From contig NC_087437.1 in the NCBI RefSeq assembly GCF_036321535.1, positions 72,294,001 through 72,358,000 on the forward strand: 64,000 nucleotides of DNA. Direction: 5' to 3'. Shown in pieces: positions 13,245-25,628 of the stretch; positions within the stretch are counted from its first letter, which is position 1, and every line of letters begins with the position of its first letter. A program made the position numbers and the translations under genes. The notes below the pieces were generated by a model. The model had not been told where the DNA came from and searched no databases. It saw nothing but the letters and a program-made list of their open reading frames with translations. The stretch is from Camelus dromedarius. Taxonomy: Eukaryota.

Positions 13245-14188
13245 TGTGGTCGGACCGGCCCTTGTGGTTCTTATGATCACCAGACACACTTCAGCAACAA
13301 CCATGTTGACAAAAAAATTAATCAAGAGTTGATCTAAGAAAGAAATGGGAGCTTTTAGTTGAGCCAACCTGAGGAGTATAACCTGGGAGACAGTCTTTCA
13401 GAAAGCTCCAAGGGCTGTCCCATCCGTTAGAGATCAAAGCATGGTTATACAAGCCTTGGAGACAAAGGGTTATATGTCAAGTGATGATGCATTATTGACA
13501 GTTTACAGACCTACATATACAAAGCGAGCAGTGAGTCTTGGGTCATAGTGGTCCCTTACAAGATTAAGAAGGAAGATTATTTCCTAAGAAGTTGTGACCC
13601 TGGATGAGATTAAGAAGGAAGGTTATCTCCTAAGGAGGCTTGGTTAATACAGAAGCACAATACACACTAATGGGGAGGGACGCAGCCCAAATGGGAGAAG
13701 AAAATTTTACTTTAAAGGTTTTCTCATTTTGCCATAAAATACGAATTTTATTTCACCAACCATCAAGAATCTTTGTAAAAAAACAAGGTTCATTCCTCAC
13801 AGGTCCTGGAGGATACACACAGCGAGGTTGCAGGTAGAGAGAGGAGAGAGCACAGACGGGGGAGAGAGCCTGCATTGGGGTTCAAGGTGGGGTGCCTAGG
13901 GTTTTGCGGGTTTGCTCTTTGTTGGTGAATTTAAAACATGAAAGTGGGATTAGAGCACCGGAAGGGGAAGTGGGGCCCCTCAAGCGGTCTGGTACCCCGG
14001 TTGCCCAGGGCTTTCCAATAGGGAACTCGTGGGGCTGCTGGATCTGTGACCATTGTGTAGCTGCCAATATGTTTATTCGATGTGAGTGTCTTTAAAATGG
14101 AGGCCTTGACAATCAAAAGCTTAATGTCAAGGCTGTAGTAACTGTCCTGTACGCTACAGTTAAAAAAGTAATTGTCAGGCACTTTACA
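13245..14188 (-). mobile_element. Old ERVL-class solo LTR (MER76-like), interrupted by a younger LTR
   Basis: tgtggtcggacc...cagcaacaacca|tcaagaatc...ggtgaatttaaaacat...caatcaaaagcttaa...aca is contiguous once the insert is removed; resembles recalled MER76. Confidence 0.65.
13304..13758 (-). mobile_element. ERV1-type solo LTR nested in the older LTR
   Basis: TG...CA termini flanked by a perfect 4-bp TSD ACCA (13300-13303, 13759-13762); internal repeat agattaagaaggaag x2. Confidence 0.8.
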
Positions 14189-15629
14189 GTGCATTTGGTG
14201 AGGGGCAAAGGGCCAGTTGTAACAGAGCTTGACGGTTGTTTTAAAAAGGCCGTGGAACCGGGGGAAACCATTCCTCCTTGCCCTGACCTGAGAGTCACCT
14301 GCCCTGTCTTAACTTCTGGGACTCCGTTCTCATCTCCAAGTGAGAGAGTAGGACTAGATATTTAAGTTTTCTCTAACTCTGTGACATTTATGAATCTTTC
14401 CTGGCCTTTAGGGAGTTGAATGTTAAGCTTAGAGACTTTCTACGATCCAATCAAGGTTAAATTCTCAGAGAACCCAGACTTCACCAGTTCCAAATTTTTA
14501 TGGTAATAGGGAAAGAGATTAAGCAACTTGGCTGAATTCTTCCCAGCGCAGTGCACTGCTGCGGCTGAGATCCGAACGGGTCATCACCTCTAAAACACAG
14601 AAACCCTCATCATCGCCTTAACAGCCCAGCTAGAACATCCAAGGAATTCAGGCTGGCCAGGACTGTGAGCTTCCTGAACATTTAGAGAGTTTCTTCAACA
14701 AGGCATATGCTTGTTCTTCAACACAAATTCCCTGATTTAGGGACCACACTCATCACCTGAAGTTTGGAAACGTGGGCAGTCCCCGCACAGACTTCAGAGA
14801 CCTTAAATGTTAGTACTTCCTTCTAGAAAGCAAGAGTGGTCCTCCACCTTACAACCTGTGGGTTGATACATGTGCCAAGGGGGCTGGGTAAAGGGGTGGG
14901 ATGATTTTAAACAACTAAAACTGATCCTGGGCAATATCTTCTTTGGCTTTCCTCCTCTCCCTTAAGCATCCCTTTCCTCCCTCCTGATCCTTTTCTCCTT
15001 TCCCAGGCCCCTCTCTCCTAACCAGCTGTAGCCCTCTTCTGACACACAGAGGGCTACAGCTGGTTAGGTGTAACCCCCAGGCTGAAGGTGCCACCCTTTC
15101 CAAGGACATCTACAGCACAGAAGGAGATCCTTGAAGGAGAGCAGTAGGGAGCAGCTTGGCAAATCATTTCTAAAAGATTGCTAATCCCTGGAAGCAAGAC
15201 TCCCTTTCCTTCCCAAAAAAGTTAGAGGAAGAATAAACTCCTGGGGACTCCACCATCATTCTGTTCATCTTCTCTAGCCCTCTTTTCTACCTTTGGCTTG
15301 CTCCCTTTTCATGAACACTCTTTAGAGAGCCAAATTAGAACAGGGTAGGCAGAGGCAGGAATACGCCCAAATTGGGCAAGGCCTGATCAGGAATAGCTGA
15401 AAGTCTTCATGTGTGTAGAGAATCATCTAGTCATTCCAGTTCCTAAACCGAGATTCTAGTTTTCAAGTTATGCTCAAGCTATATGATGATTCAAACATTC
15501 ATTGCCTTTATACTATTGTGTATGTACTCTGCTAGAACTCAGGAATATGAAACTGAAAAAGACATTTCCCAGTACAGATTAGTAGGGAACTGTCATGTAT
15601 ACAGTTAATTATAGGATAGTATATATAAT

Positions 15630-15999
15630 CAGTGATGGGTCGTTTGGGGAGAAGGAGAGAGGGAGGGATGAATAGATGGAGCACAAGGGATTTTTAGGGC
15701 AATGAAATTATTCTGTATAAAATTATAGTGGTGGCTACATGTCATTATGCATTTGTCAAAGCCCATAGAATGTACAACATCAAGAATGAACCCTAATGTA
15801 ACCTATGGACATTGGTTGATAACAATGTGTCCATGTAGGTTAATCAGTTGTACCAAATATGCCACACTGATGAGGGATGTTGAGGATAGGGGAGTATATA
15901 TGTGTGGGTGGGGAGGGCTATGTGGGAACTCTGTATTTTCTGCTCAATTCTGCTGTAAATCTGAAACGGCTCTAAAAAATTGTCTATTATTAAAAAAAA
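15630..15999 (+). mobile_element. L1MC-type LINE-1 3' end
   Basis: gtcattatgcatttgtcaaagcccatagaatgtacaac...tgggaactctgtattttctgctcaatt...ctctaaaaaa plus A tail. Confidence 0.85.
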
Positions 16000-16399
16000 T
16001 CAATGATGGGTCCTTACTGGGGGGAGGAGGTATAGGAGGAAGGGACCAGGGAGAGATGAGTGATGACAGCTCTTCAATCTTTTGGAGGCTACAGTGATTA
16101 TGTTGCTCTTCCTGTCAGGCTCCACATGATTTGAGCAAGTACCTCGTGTTGAATCCATGCCCACCATGGTCAGTGGCTTTTGGATACTCACAGTGCAGGC
16201 ACTGCTTCTCCTGGGAGCTTCTTACCTCTCCCAGATTTAGGAGTTGTCCATGGAAAGATGGTGGCACTCATGTTATTTCATTCATAAACACTACCCCTTT
16301 CCCTGAAATCAACCAAAATGAACAATAAATAGTGGATTTATGGATGAAATCTTGAAGATTGAACTAAGGAATAGCCTTAATCTCAAAGCATGGACTTTG

Positions 16400-17104
16400 A
16401 GTAATGTGCGTCTGTTTACCACCACCGTCTTGGGGAAATGGCACTAGGAAGGATCAGTAACACACTTGCAGCCTACTGCCCATGCAAGGACCAGCTGTGG
16501 CTGAGAGGCCAAAGATAAGTAACATGGCTATGCCCTTTTTTCCGCTGTCTGACCCATCTAACTTCCTAACTGAAGGAAGGAGGTTTGGAGATAAGGGTAT
16601 ACATATGGAAGACAGAGTTGGTTTGCAGCTAGACTGGAAAAGCTCTCTTGATGTTTGGGGGCATAATGGCATCTGGTTTTTAACTCTTGGCCACGTTAAG
16701 GGCAGTGGGATTTATGATGTGCTGTTTAAAGTTTGAAACTCCCCTAGGGATCCTCAGGGTTAATTTCTTTAATGATGGTTTCCAACTGGCCTAATAGATT
16801 ACGTAAACACGGCTGATTACATGGCCAGAGAGGCATAAAAATCCTGGGAAATTCTACTCTGAGCTCTCCCAAAGTCAAGATTCCTCCCACAGGTCTTGGT
16901 GGTTCAAGCTGGAGACAGTGTGGTCTCTGAGTATAAATAAAGACCCCTGGGAGCTTAGGCAAGGGATCGCTCTTGGATCTGCAGTGTCTGCACTCTCCTT
17001 TTCTTGCTGCACCATATCCTTCTCCTTAAATAAAAGTCTTATGTGAGTGGGCTCTGTGGAGCCTGTGAGTCCTCCCTAATAAATCAACATGGGAAATCTT
17101 TGCA
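16400..17104 (+). mobile_element. ERVL-class LTR (MER68/MER77-like), limits approximate
   Basis: AATAAA followed by ctgtgagtcctccct, typical of the U5 end of this LTR group. Confidence 0.5.
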
Positions 17105-17649
17105 GTAGGGCAGTGTGTGTAAATCTTACATATAAAACCTTACAAAATAAGCAATATTAAAATATTTCATATAGTAAGTTACATGTATGTAACATGAAAT
17201 ATAAGAATGTATAGCATATAAGTACACAATATAAAAATTCTAGTAGCAAATTGCACTGTAGCTGTAGAGTGGAGTGTGCCTACTGCGCTGTAGAGAAGTG
17301 TGTGCTGCTTTCAAGGCACTTTGCTGAACCTGACTTCCTAGCAGGTTAGGAGGGGCTCAGCCTCAGAGGAACAAACTCAGGTGATACCCCCTCCCCACAA
17401 CAGGAGACAGTACCACCACTACCTTCATGGAACGTGTTCTCGAAGCAGGACTTTCAACCAAGAGAGGAAAAGTACACACCCGGGAAGTTCCCTCCTGGTA
17501 GTTTCCTATGGTCCTGCCTCCCTCCCACCTCCTCTAAGCAGCTTCTAACCTTTAGCAGAACTTCAAAGACAGCATTCAGGGTCCAGGAAAAGACCAACTG
17601 GGAAGGGGAGATTTTACCTACACCCTTTCGTGGCAAATATTGGGCCTGG

Positions 17650-19780
17650 CAACACTAAATGATAAAAAAGAGATCTCTGATGAAAAAAGGGTGACAAGAA
17701 TTATTTTTCAGACGAGCTGCCATTTATATTAAACAGCTATAGAAAGTAATAAAAAGTGCAAAACTTCTTTGATCAATAATATGATTAGAAAAAGTTTGCA
17801 ATTAGTAAATAGTTATTAGATGCTAAAAAAGTAAAAAATAAACAAAAACCTCAGGAAGTGTATCAGCCAAAAACACTTTCAGAAGAGAAAAGTCTATTTT
17901 TAAGACAGCTCCCAGCTCAGAGATGAACTGACATTAAAAAGTTATGAATGAGGAAGTTATGTCATGAACAAATAAAGTTTAATTAGCTGGGATAATTGGG
18001 ATTACAAACTAAAAGGCAAACTATTAATTCCTGAAAGAAAAGGTGCATAATAAAACATTTTTAAAAGAACTTCCACATTTCATCATATCCGTGACAGCAT
18101 CAAATCTCAGAGGCACCACTATTTTGTGTCCTGCTAAGAAACATAATTAAACATATTTTTTTTTCTAGTTTAGAATTTTTATTTCAAATTTGTTTAAAGA
18201 GCTTGTAAAGACCTTGTAGTTATCAGGTGGCATTCTCTGATTACATAAAAAGGGAAACTAGAAGTTAAAAAAATTAAGCTACTTCTAAAACATCTTCCCA
18301 TTTCGGGCTAGAATCTCTTGAATCATTTTTTAATGCAGAATCCTAGGTGTCTGAGGTTCTCCAGACAGATTAGTCCTCTGCGCCATTGAGAGAACTGATG
18401 ACGAGGAGGCAATTCCTTAAAAAATTCTCTGCTATCTCCATCATCTTCCGAGCTATTGGCACTCATTCGGTAAAATTTGATGCTGGCATGTTCTGTTCCT
18501 GATCTTACTGGGGGGTATCGATGAAAGATTTTCAGACAACAACCTCTTATCCTCTCCTCAAATGGCCCTTAAGTGGTTTGTTGATTGAAACTCCAAGAAG
18601 TTGTTGTGACCCAGACACGCCAAACACCTGCGTGTGCAAGCAGAGACAACGTCGTCATTACCGCCAGAAGGCAGCAGATATTGCAACATACCGTTGTTTA
18701 AAACATCCCAGTTTCAGAGATGGTCAGGTGGAAACACCTGCCTTAACATAGCTGCAATACAGTAGAGCAGACCTGGATGAAATTCTCAGAGCTTATTAAG
18801 AAAAACTGGGAGTTGGGAGGAAACGCAAAAACCTAAGTTCCTCATCTCTCAATGAAAAGAGTTGATGACCATATTTTAATTTTTGAGGTTGGAAGATTTA
18901 TAAATAAGCTTCCAAATTTGCTTTTAAAAATGTAAAAGTAACTTAGCAATGAAACAGACTAGAAATGCAAGTTAAATAAATCTCAAACATGATAAGAAAC
19001 TTTCAAACTGGTTCAAAATATCAAAGCAATACCAACTTTCTCAGAAAAGTTGTTGCATAAAGGATGAGTCAAACTACAATAATAAGTTCAGTAAAAATAT
19101 GCAAATAACAAAAGGGGACAGATCTAATCTTTTAACCAAGTGTATAAAAACTAAAAGTTAACAGAAGTATGAGTAAAATCCTCACTCATACTACCTTTGA
19201 CTCAAAACAGAATTAGAAAATAATAATAATGATAATGCTGTATTTTATAGTCTTTAGGGATTGGCCTAAAATCTACTCACTCCCAGAAATTTTTCTACTA
19301 GTTATAATCATGTTCATTAACAAACAAGAAAGAAAATAAATGCATCTGAAGTAGGTAAGATGGAAAAAGAACAAAACAAACTTTAGAAAAATAAAACATG
19401 ATAAACTTTAATAAAGTAAAAATTAATTAGAAACTGCTCATTAACTTATTTTTTAAAAACTAATAGAGATACCATTCATACACAAAATTAAAGATGAGAA
19501 AGAAAATAGAACTATAAAGAGGAAATTAAAAAGAATGATGAGAATATTCATAAGTTCATAAATTTATTTCCTGTGCAAATAAATTTGGGTGCTTAAATTT
19601 TTAGCAAAATATAAATGATCAAGAGTGAACCAAAAAGAGGATGAGGAAGAGAGAATGTTGTGGGAAAAAAACCATACTCCTCACAAAAGTGCCAAGCCTA
19701 GGCGATTTTATTGGTGAGTTCTTTCAAAGCTTCAGGGAACACATAAAGCTGACGTTTTAAAAATCTTTCCAGGGCATCAA
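17650..19780 (+). mobile_element. Highly decayed ancient L1 fragment(s), interrupted by a DNA transposon
   Basis: Strong A-rich strand bias; ORF2-like relic ccaagcctaggcgattttattggtgagttctttcaaagcttcagggaac near 19700. Confidence 0.55.
18073..18762. mobile_element. TcMar-Tc2 (Kanga-like) DNA transposon relic
   Basis: Degenerate TIR-like ends ccacatttcatc.../...gcaatacag|ta and a transposase C-terminal-like relic on the minus strand near 18370-18550. Confidence 0.6.
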
Positions 19781-21047
19781 GGCCTGTGGGAGTTGGCAGC
19801 TTGACTCACACCACATCCGTATGGGATTGTTAGGGACATGGGTTGATAAATCCCAGCAGGATTAAATGCATCACCAGCAGTGTCAGCAGGTTTCCGTTAT
19901 CTTGGCAGACAGGATGGTGCTTGAAGCAAGGGAAATAGCAAGTGAGGACAGTTCTGCAGGTCTGTTAGGGAGTTTATCGTGATTCCATTTGAGCGAAATA
20001 CCACTTTCTCACTAAATCCCTATTTGAATTGAAAATTTACTGGTTTTATAGCTTTATATTTGAATTGTGAATTTGTTTTGGTTTCTGTATAAAAACTACA
20101 AGCAAGAAGTTTGTGCTTCATAGTATGTCTGTATGCACTGAAATAATAGTCAAGTAGAAAAAGGGCCAACACTGAGATCAATGCAATTTTTTTTTCCTTT
20201 AAAAGAGGGATATATATATATATAACTCAATTTCAGAAAGTCTGCTCTAGGCTTTAGAGAAGGAAAACAACTCTATTTCCTTTGGGTTTGACTTTCTCTG
20301 CCTCTTCTCCACACTAGGAAAGTAGAGGAGTTCACAGGGAAAATCAGACAGGTTAAAGCAGGAGCTGCCAAGGAGGACCTGGGCGGTGTTAGGTGAAGGT
20401 CGGGCCTGTACAGGAGTGAAGGGATTCCCGGCAGCTCCACACGGTCTAACCCAGCTCATAAGCAACGGGGCTTCCATGTGGGGATTCAGATGCAAAAAGC
20501 CTTAGAGGTATAAACAAAGTAACTCTCCCCTAGGGACTTCTCTGCACACGGACCCTGAAAACCTGCGGCAGCAGGACGCAGCTGGCCAAGGATTTGGGAT
20601 CCTGAATCAAAGCCATCTTTCCCTCTATAACTAACAGCCACATCCGGCTTCCCCTCAGGATTAGGTAGTGCTGGATGGAAGTCTGGTCCTTGGACCAGTG
20701 ACAGAGCTGGAATCAGGTCACTGCAGGCCATGCTTGTGGTCCAACCAAAGGTTATTCAAAAACTCTGGAGGGAGCAGATTCAGTGCATTGGTTATAGGTC
20801 ATAACCACTTAGAAGAGAATCTGGAAACAGGAAGGGACTTCAGAAATCACTCAGTCCAACTTCTGTATCAATGATGGGCTCTCTTCTAAAACATCCCGCT
20901 GATACAGTCTCTCCTCAGCACTTCAGTGACAGGGAGTTTACTACCCCTCTCTACTACTCTTCAGGACGGCCTTCTCCACTGTTGAAAAGCATTATTTGTT
21001 TGGAGAGCCTTCCTTATAAGGAAAGAACAACCATCACCCTTTAATTT

Positions 21048-21138
21048 TTTTTTTTTTTAATGGAGGTACTGGGGATTGAACCCAAGACCTTGTGCGTGCT
21101 AGGCAGGCCCTCTACCACTGAGCTACACTTGCCCCTCT
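21048..21138 (-). mobile_element. tRNA(Ala)-derived short SINE (vic-1-like) with perfect 16-bp TSD
   Basis: Minus strand reads TAGCTCAGTGG (A box)...GGTTCAATCC (B box)...poly(A). TSD catcaccctttaattt at 21032-21047 and 21139-21154. Confidence 0.9.
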
Positions 21139-21328
21139 CATCACCCTTTAATTTGTACTGTAGCTCGGTTCTTTAGAATAGGAAAGAAGTCCACTTCTTT
21201 TCCCACTTGGCAGTCACTCTTTTCCCCAGGTTATACCCTTGATCCAAGAGCACCTAAGAAGATAGGATACGGCTTCTAGACCTCTCACATTCCAGTTATT
21301 CTATTAAAACAGGAGTGCTCACAAAGTA

Positions 21329-21509
21329 CAGTCGTCCCTTGGTATCTACAGGGGAACAGGTTCCAGGACCCTCCATGGATACTGACATCTGCATTTCCAC
21401 GTCGGAGGATTCAGCTAACAGCTGATCCTGTAACACTGTATGTACTTACTGAAAAAATCTGCATGTAAGTGGACCTGCACCGTTCAAACCTGTGTTGGGG
21501 GGTCAACTG
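21329..21509. mobile_element. Tigger-family MITE (MER8/MER2-like)
   Basis: ta|cagtcgtccctt ... gggtcaactg imperfect TIRs; atctgcatgtaagtggacctgcaccgttcaaacc. Confidence 0.75.
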
Positions 21510-22395
21510 TCTCCAGTGCATTCACGCCAGAACCTCACATTTTAGTTCCAGCTCCTTCTTTCTAATTAATTTGTAACACGAGTAAACCTTACTCTGGACA
21601 ATAAATGCTTTTCTGAAAAGTAGGGTGAAAAAAGTAACCATAAATAGGAAAACCAATCTCCATAACTAGTGGAATCTGCTGTATTCTGTAGGCAATACCT
21701 TTACAAATAATATTGTTGCAATTTTATGTTCCATAAGATAAGTATGTTTTGTATGCTGTATTTCTTAAAAGTGAGGTCTTCCTATAGCTGATTTTCTTTA
21801 CCTTTAAAGTGAATTGCCATAATAAAGTAATTTTATTCCTTATAACGCTGATGGGATGCCTATAATAAGGTGAAGAGTTTTGCTATTCTCAGCAGTCAAG
21901 GTCTACTGAAAGAGAACGTTTTGAAAGTTGTTTTGAGATTACATGTTTTGAAATTAAAAATACTCTGTACCCCACCTCACATGACAGAGTGGCAACACAA
22001 GATATGGGTTTAATAATTCTTTTATTTATAAATTTCCACCAACTCTTGCTGTTTTATTCTAGATATCACAGATGGATTATGTAATAGTATTATCTTATGT
22101 TTACCTGTATGAAAATTAGGGGAAAGGAGAGATGTACATACAGTCTGCAGGAAAATGACACCTTAAAGCTCACATTTACAGTGCGGTGCTCTGTAAACAC
22201 CCAGGCCTGTTTAGCTGAGGCCACTCTCATCCTATTGCAATCCAGCTGTATGGCCCTGGGCAAGTCACTTGTTTCCTTGTTTTTAAATTACCGATCACTT
22301 GAATTCTCTACCTCACAGACTCAATCGGATGCATGCAAAAATACCTCAAAAAATACCATGCAGTTTAAGTGTGAAATATGGTTACTATAAAGTGC

Positions 22396-22405
22396 TTTAT
22401 TTATT
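22396..22405 (-). terminator. Candidate poly(A) signal(s) of SLC35A5
   Basis: Plus-strand tttatttatt equals two overlapping AATAAA on the minus strand, about 970 nt past the stop. Confidence 0.45.
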
Positions 22406-23372
22406 ACTGACCTTCTTTTTTTAGAGTAATATTATTCATACTTCAGTAAAAGCCATTTGTTAGCAGAGTGACTCTGTTAAAAGGAACTCTTCAGCATTAG
22501 TCTTACTGACAACCTGGCATGATTCTGAAGCCAATGTCTCAACCCTTAGGAACAGAACATGATACGAAGATATGTAATAATCGTAAGTTCTATTTAATGA
22601 CTAATAAAATAAAATGGCTTCCTATTAGTTCTCCAAAACAGAGTAATCCAAGATTAACGAGGTCAAACTGAGGAGAAAAAACCCACCATGGCTGGTTTAA
22701 GTGATAATTGTGTGACTGGGAAGCAACTTTGACCTAAACTGAAGCTTATTTGTGTAGAAAAACATCAAAAGATAATCACAAAAATCAAATTCCCTACAAA
22801 TTCCTAAAAATAAAAATTCTGAGATTTTGTTGAAAAATTGCTTCTTTGGCAAAACCTTTAGCAAAGACTAAATTACTCTTAAATAAATGTTGTGGCTGGT
22901 TATTAAGGTCCTTCAGCTACATTTTTTAGAAAGAGTCACCTTGCTTTTTAGTTATAAAATGACTATCTCCATGGCCTCAAAATTCAAGGGATAGTCGTGG
23001 TAAAAAATGGAAGACAATGGCATGCACAGTAGAACTACATAATTATGAATATCTGGCAAACTGATCTCTACCTGCATATTTATAAGGTACAGCTAACATG
23101 ATTATTACAAGTTTTTGGAACCTTAGAGGAATGAGGAAAATAATCCGCAAATATATCTTGGTGACCTACCAAGTACCAGGCCATCAGTGCAGTCTCCAGC
23201 TATTACTCTTATGTCAGTTCCTTAGAACTTTTTGGCCTTTGGGTACTCTAAGCTTTGGTTGGAATTATTTCTGGAGTGGTTAGATATACACAAAGAGTTT
23301 TATGCTTCAGAAATGTTCTTGGTTTATAAAAGTGAAAAGGTTTCTAAGAGTTGCCAACTATTTGGGTACCAA

Positions 23373-23441
23373 TTAGAAAGTGTCTTCATCTGACTCAATA
23401 TCACTCTTGGGTTTGGTAAGTCTTTCCAGTTCTTCTCCATC
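23373..23441 (-). CDS. SLC35A5: SLC35A5 last coding exon (DGEELERLTKPKSDIESDEDTF*)
   Basis: Acceptor ccttttag|GAT; TAA at 23375-23373; acidic cytosolic tail. Confidence 0.96.
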   Translation of the reverse strand, partial: DGEELERLTKPKSDIESDEDTF

Positions 23442-23704
23442 CTAAAAGGAAACATGAAATCAGTAATTAATTAAAACAAAACTAGAAATGCAGCATTTTT
23501 AACGATTACTGAGGAGAAACCTTATTAATAAATCATGGATAAACCTTACTAATAAATTTTATTTCATTAAACTATAACCTGGTTAAATGAAATGAAATAA
23601 ATACTTAAGTTCTTGGAAAATTAATTTTAGACATATAATGAGATCATGAAAAGAACTGGAATGCAACTCAGTACTTGAATTTCAGTTAACAAGAGCAAAG
23701 TTAG

Positions 23705-23722
23705 GAGCGCCCTCTGCTGGTA
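23705..23722 (-). promoter_or_regulatory. CTCF consensus site
   Basis: Minus strand TACCAGCAGAGGGCGCTC matches the CTCF core CCASYAGRKGGCRS. Confidence 0.7.
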
Positions 23723-24439
23723 TTCAAGGGAAATGACTAAAGGTTGGAGAAACAGGTTATGAAGGAGGCCTTGTGACCTAAATTGATTTTCTTTCACCTA
23801 AAAAGCAGGACACACAGTGTTATTAGACTTGCGGAAAAGAATTACAGGCATTCTGAATTTATATTCTGGCTGAGATCAGGGCATTTGGGACCCCGGCTTC
23901 TAATTTTTTCATCTTAAGAATCTGTTGTATCATCACTTCAGAGGCATTACTGAGGGAAGCCCTGTCATGAACTCTAACAAGCAACAGATTTAATACTCCC
24001 AGAGTAAAATGTTCATTGTGTGAAATATTTCATATTTTGTGTGTGCATGAAATCTGTAAATTAAAAGCTAGATAGAGGACTCTATTTCATGTTTTATTTA
24101 AATACCTAACTCCTAACTTGAACCTCCATAAGATGATTATTTATTTGCTAATAATATCACTGGCAGACATTCCTAAAACAATTATAAGTAACTGGTAGAA
24201 TAACATGTATTAAGCATAACTGCACAGGTATTTTTCTAGAAAACAGTTTTCTTCTCCATGCATAGATCCTTTTGGAAACCACCTTCTCAGTGAGATAAAC
24301 AAGGCCTGCCCTTCTGGCACATTCTGGTTTATGAATAACTACAGAGAAAATGAAGGGGCCGGGCTTTCCACTTATATTTAATCAGACATTCTAATGTTGA
24401 AGATCAAGTTTGCTTGTGAATGAGGCTTATCTCCCCAGC

Positions 24440-24610
24440 TATGGTGTAAAGAGTGAAGGACTGGGAGTCAGACCTCATTGATTTAGTACCAGTTCTTTCA
24501 TTCACTATCTGCAAACCTGTTAGTCTCTCTGAGTCTGTTTCTTCACTTGCAAAACTAGGGAGACTGGACAGGATAACCGGTGAGGCATCTTCCAGCTCTG
24601 TGGCTCTATA
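24440..24610 (+). mobile_element. MIR fragment
   Basis: ggactgggagtcagacc...tctctctgagtctgtttcttcacttgcaaaa...cttccagctctg. Confidence 0.7.
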
Positions 24611-24847
24611 ATATTCTCTGATACAGCTAATGCATAAAGTCCTTGAGACTGTGACTTATACTTTTTCTTACCCTGATAGCATTAGATCCCTTACACAAGT
24701 CCAATGAATGTTTGCTGAATGATTTTTAAAAATCCCAGAGATACAATACATCCTGTGTTAAGTCAGCACCAATCTATTTCTTTTCTTGTATAACCATGCT
24801 TTACATTTGGGAAAAACAGGCAAAAAGCAGCACCCGCACAAACTTAC

Positions 24848-25628
24848 CCCACTGGAGCGCTCCCAAAGACTGCCGCTTAGATCTCGGATCCTTTCTTGTC
24901 TGGGAGCATATTCCAGACCTTGAGGCTTGCTGGTGTTATAAATAAATATGGCGAGAAGAACTGATGGGGCTTCTAAGAAAAACTCCAGAGAGGGCCTGAA
25001 GTCAAAGACCAGGACAGACACAGTTGTGATGATGACTGTGGTGACCTGGGCCATCAGGACATGAAACATATTATCCAGGAACTTCAGAATAAAAGCCACC
25101 GAGAGGCCTTGGAATGCAGTTACAAAAATAAGGGCTACTGAAAATGCATTGTGTCCATAAAAAAACCCACAGTTCTTAATCTGATCTCGGTTACTGCTCT
25201 GAAGGCCCAGGGTCAGCCCGTTAAAAAGAATGCCAAAGAAATAAAGTTTGCTGTTCTGTATGAAGATGCTTTCAGTGAGCTGGTTCCCCTCTTTCAGTAT
25301 CTTTTCATTATAGATATTGGCCATTGAAGAAATGAAACACTGGACTATAATAAGAATATGGCCCAAGCCAAGTCGGATGTGACTGAAAACCCTGGCTGTA
25401 GTGTTCCACTGAGCTGTAGAAAAAGTCCACTCCTTTGCTGTGCAATTCTCTTTTCCGGGACACTCACTTCTGAAAAGAAGGCAGGAATTGGATGGGCTGA
25501 AGAAGGCATCGTGATGAAATCCATGTCCTGCCAGGTTATGCTGTGACGTCCCAGTTCCAGAAGTGAGGGCCACAATAGACAAAAATAGAATCAGGAGGGA
25601 AGCCCACTGTATCCAGTTTAGATGCCTC
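24848..25628 (-). CDS. SLC35A5: SLC35A5 large coding exon 5 (RHLNWIQWASLL...LWERSSG)
   Basis: Acceptor ttcgaacag|G, donor GGG|gtaagt; 781 nt; overlaps ORF 24758-25582 with multiple hydrophobic segments. Confidence 0.97.

Noticed and set aside
21048..21138. Apparent tRNA-Ala gene
   Set aside because: Poly(A) tail, TSD and imperfect stems indicate a SINE, not a functional tRNA.
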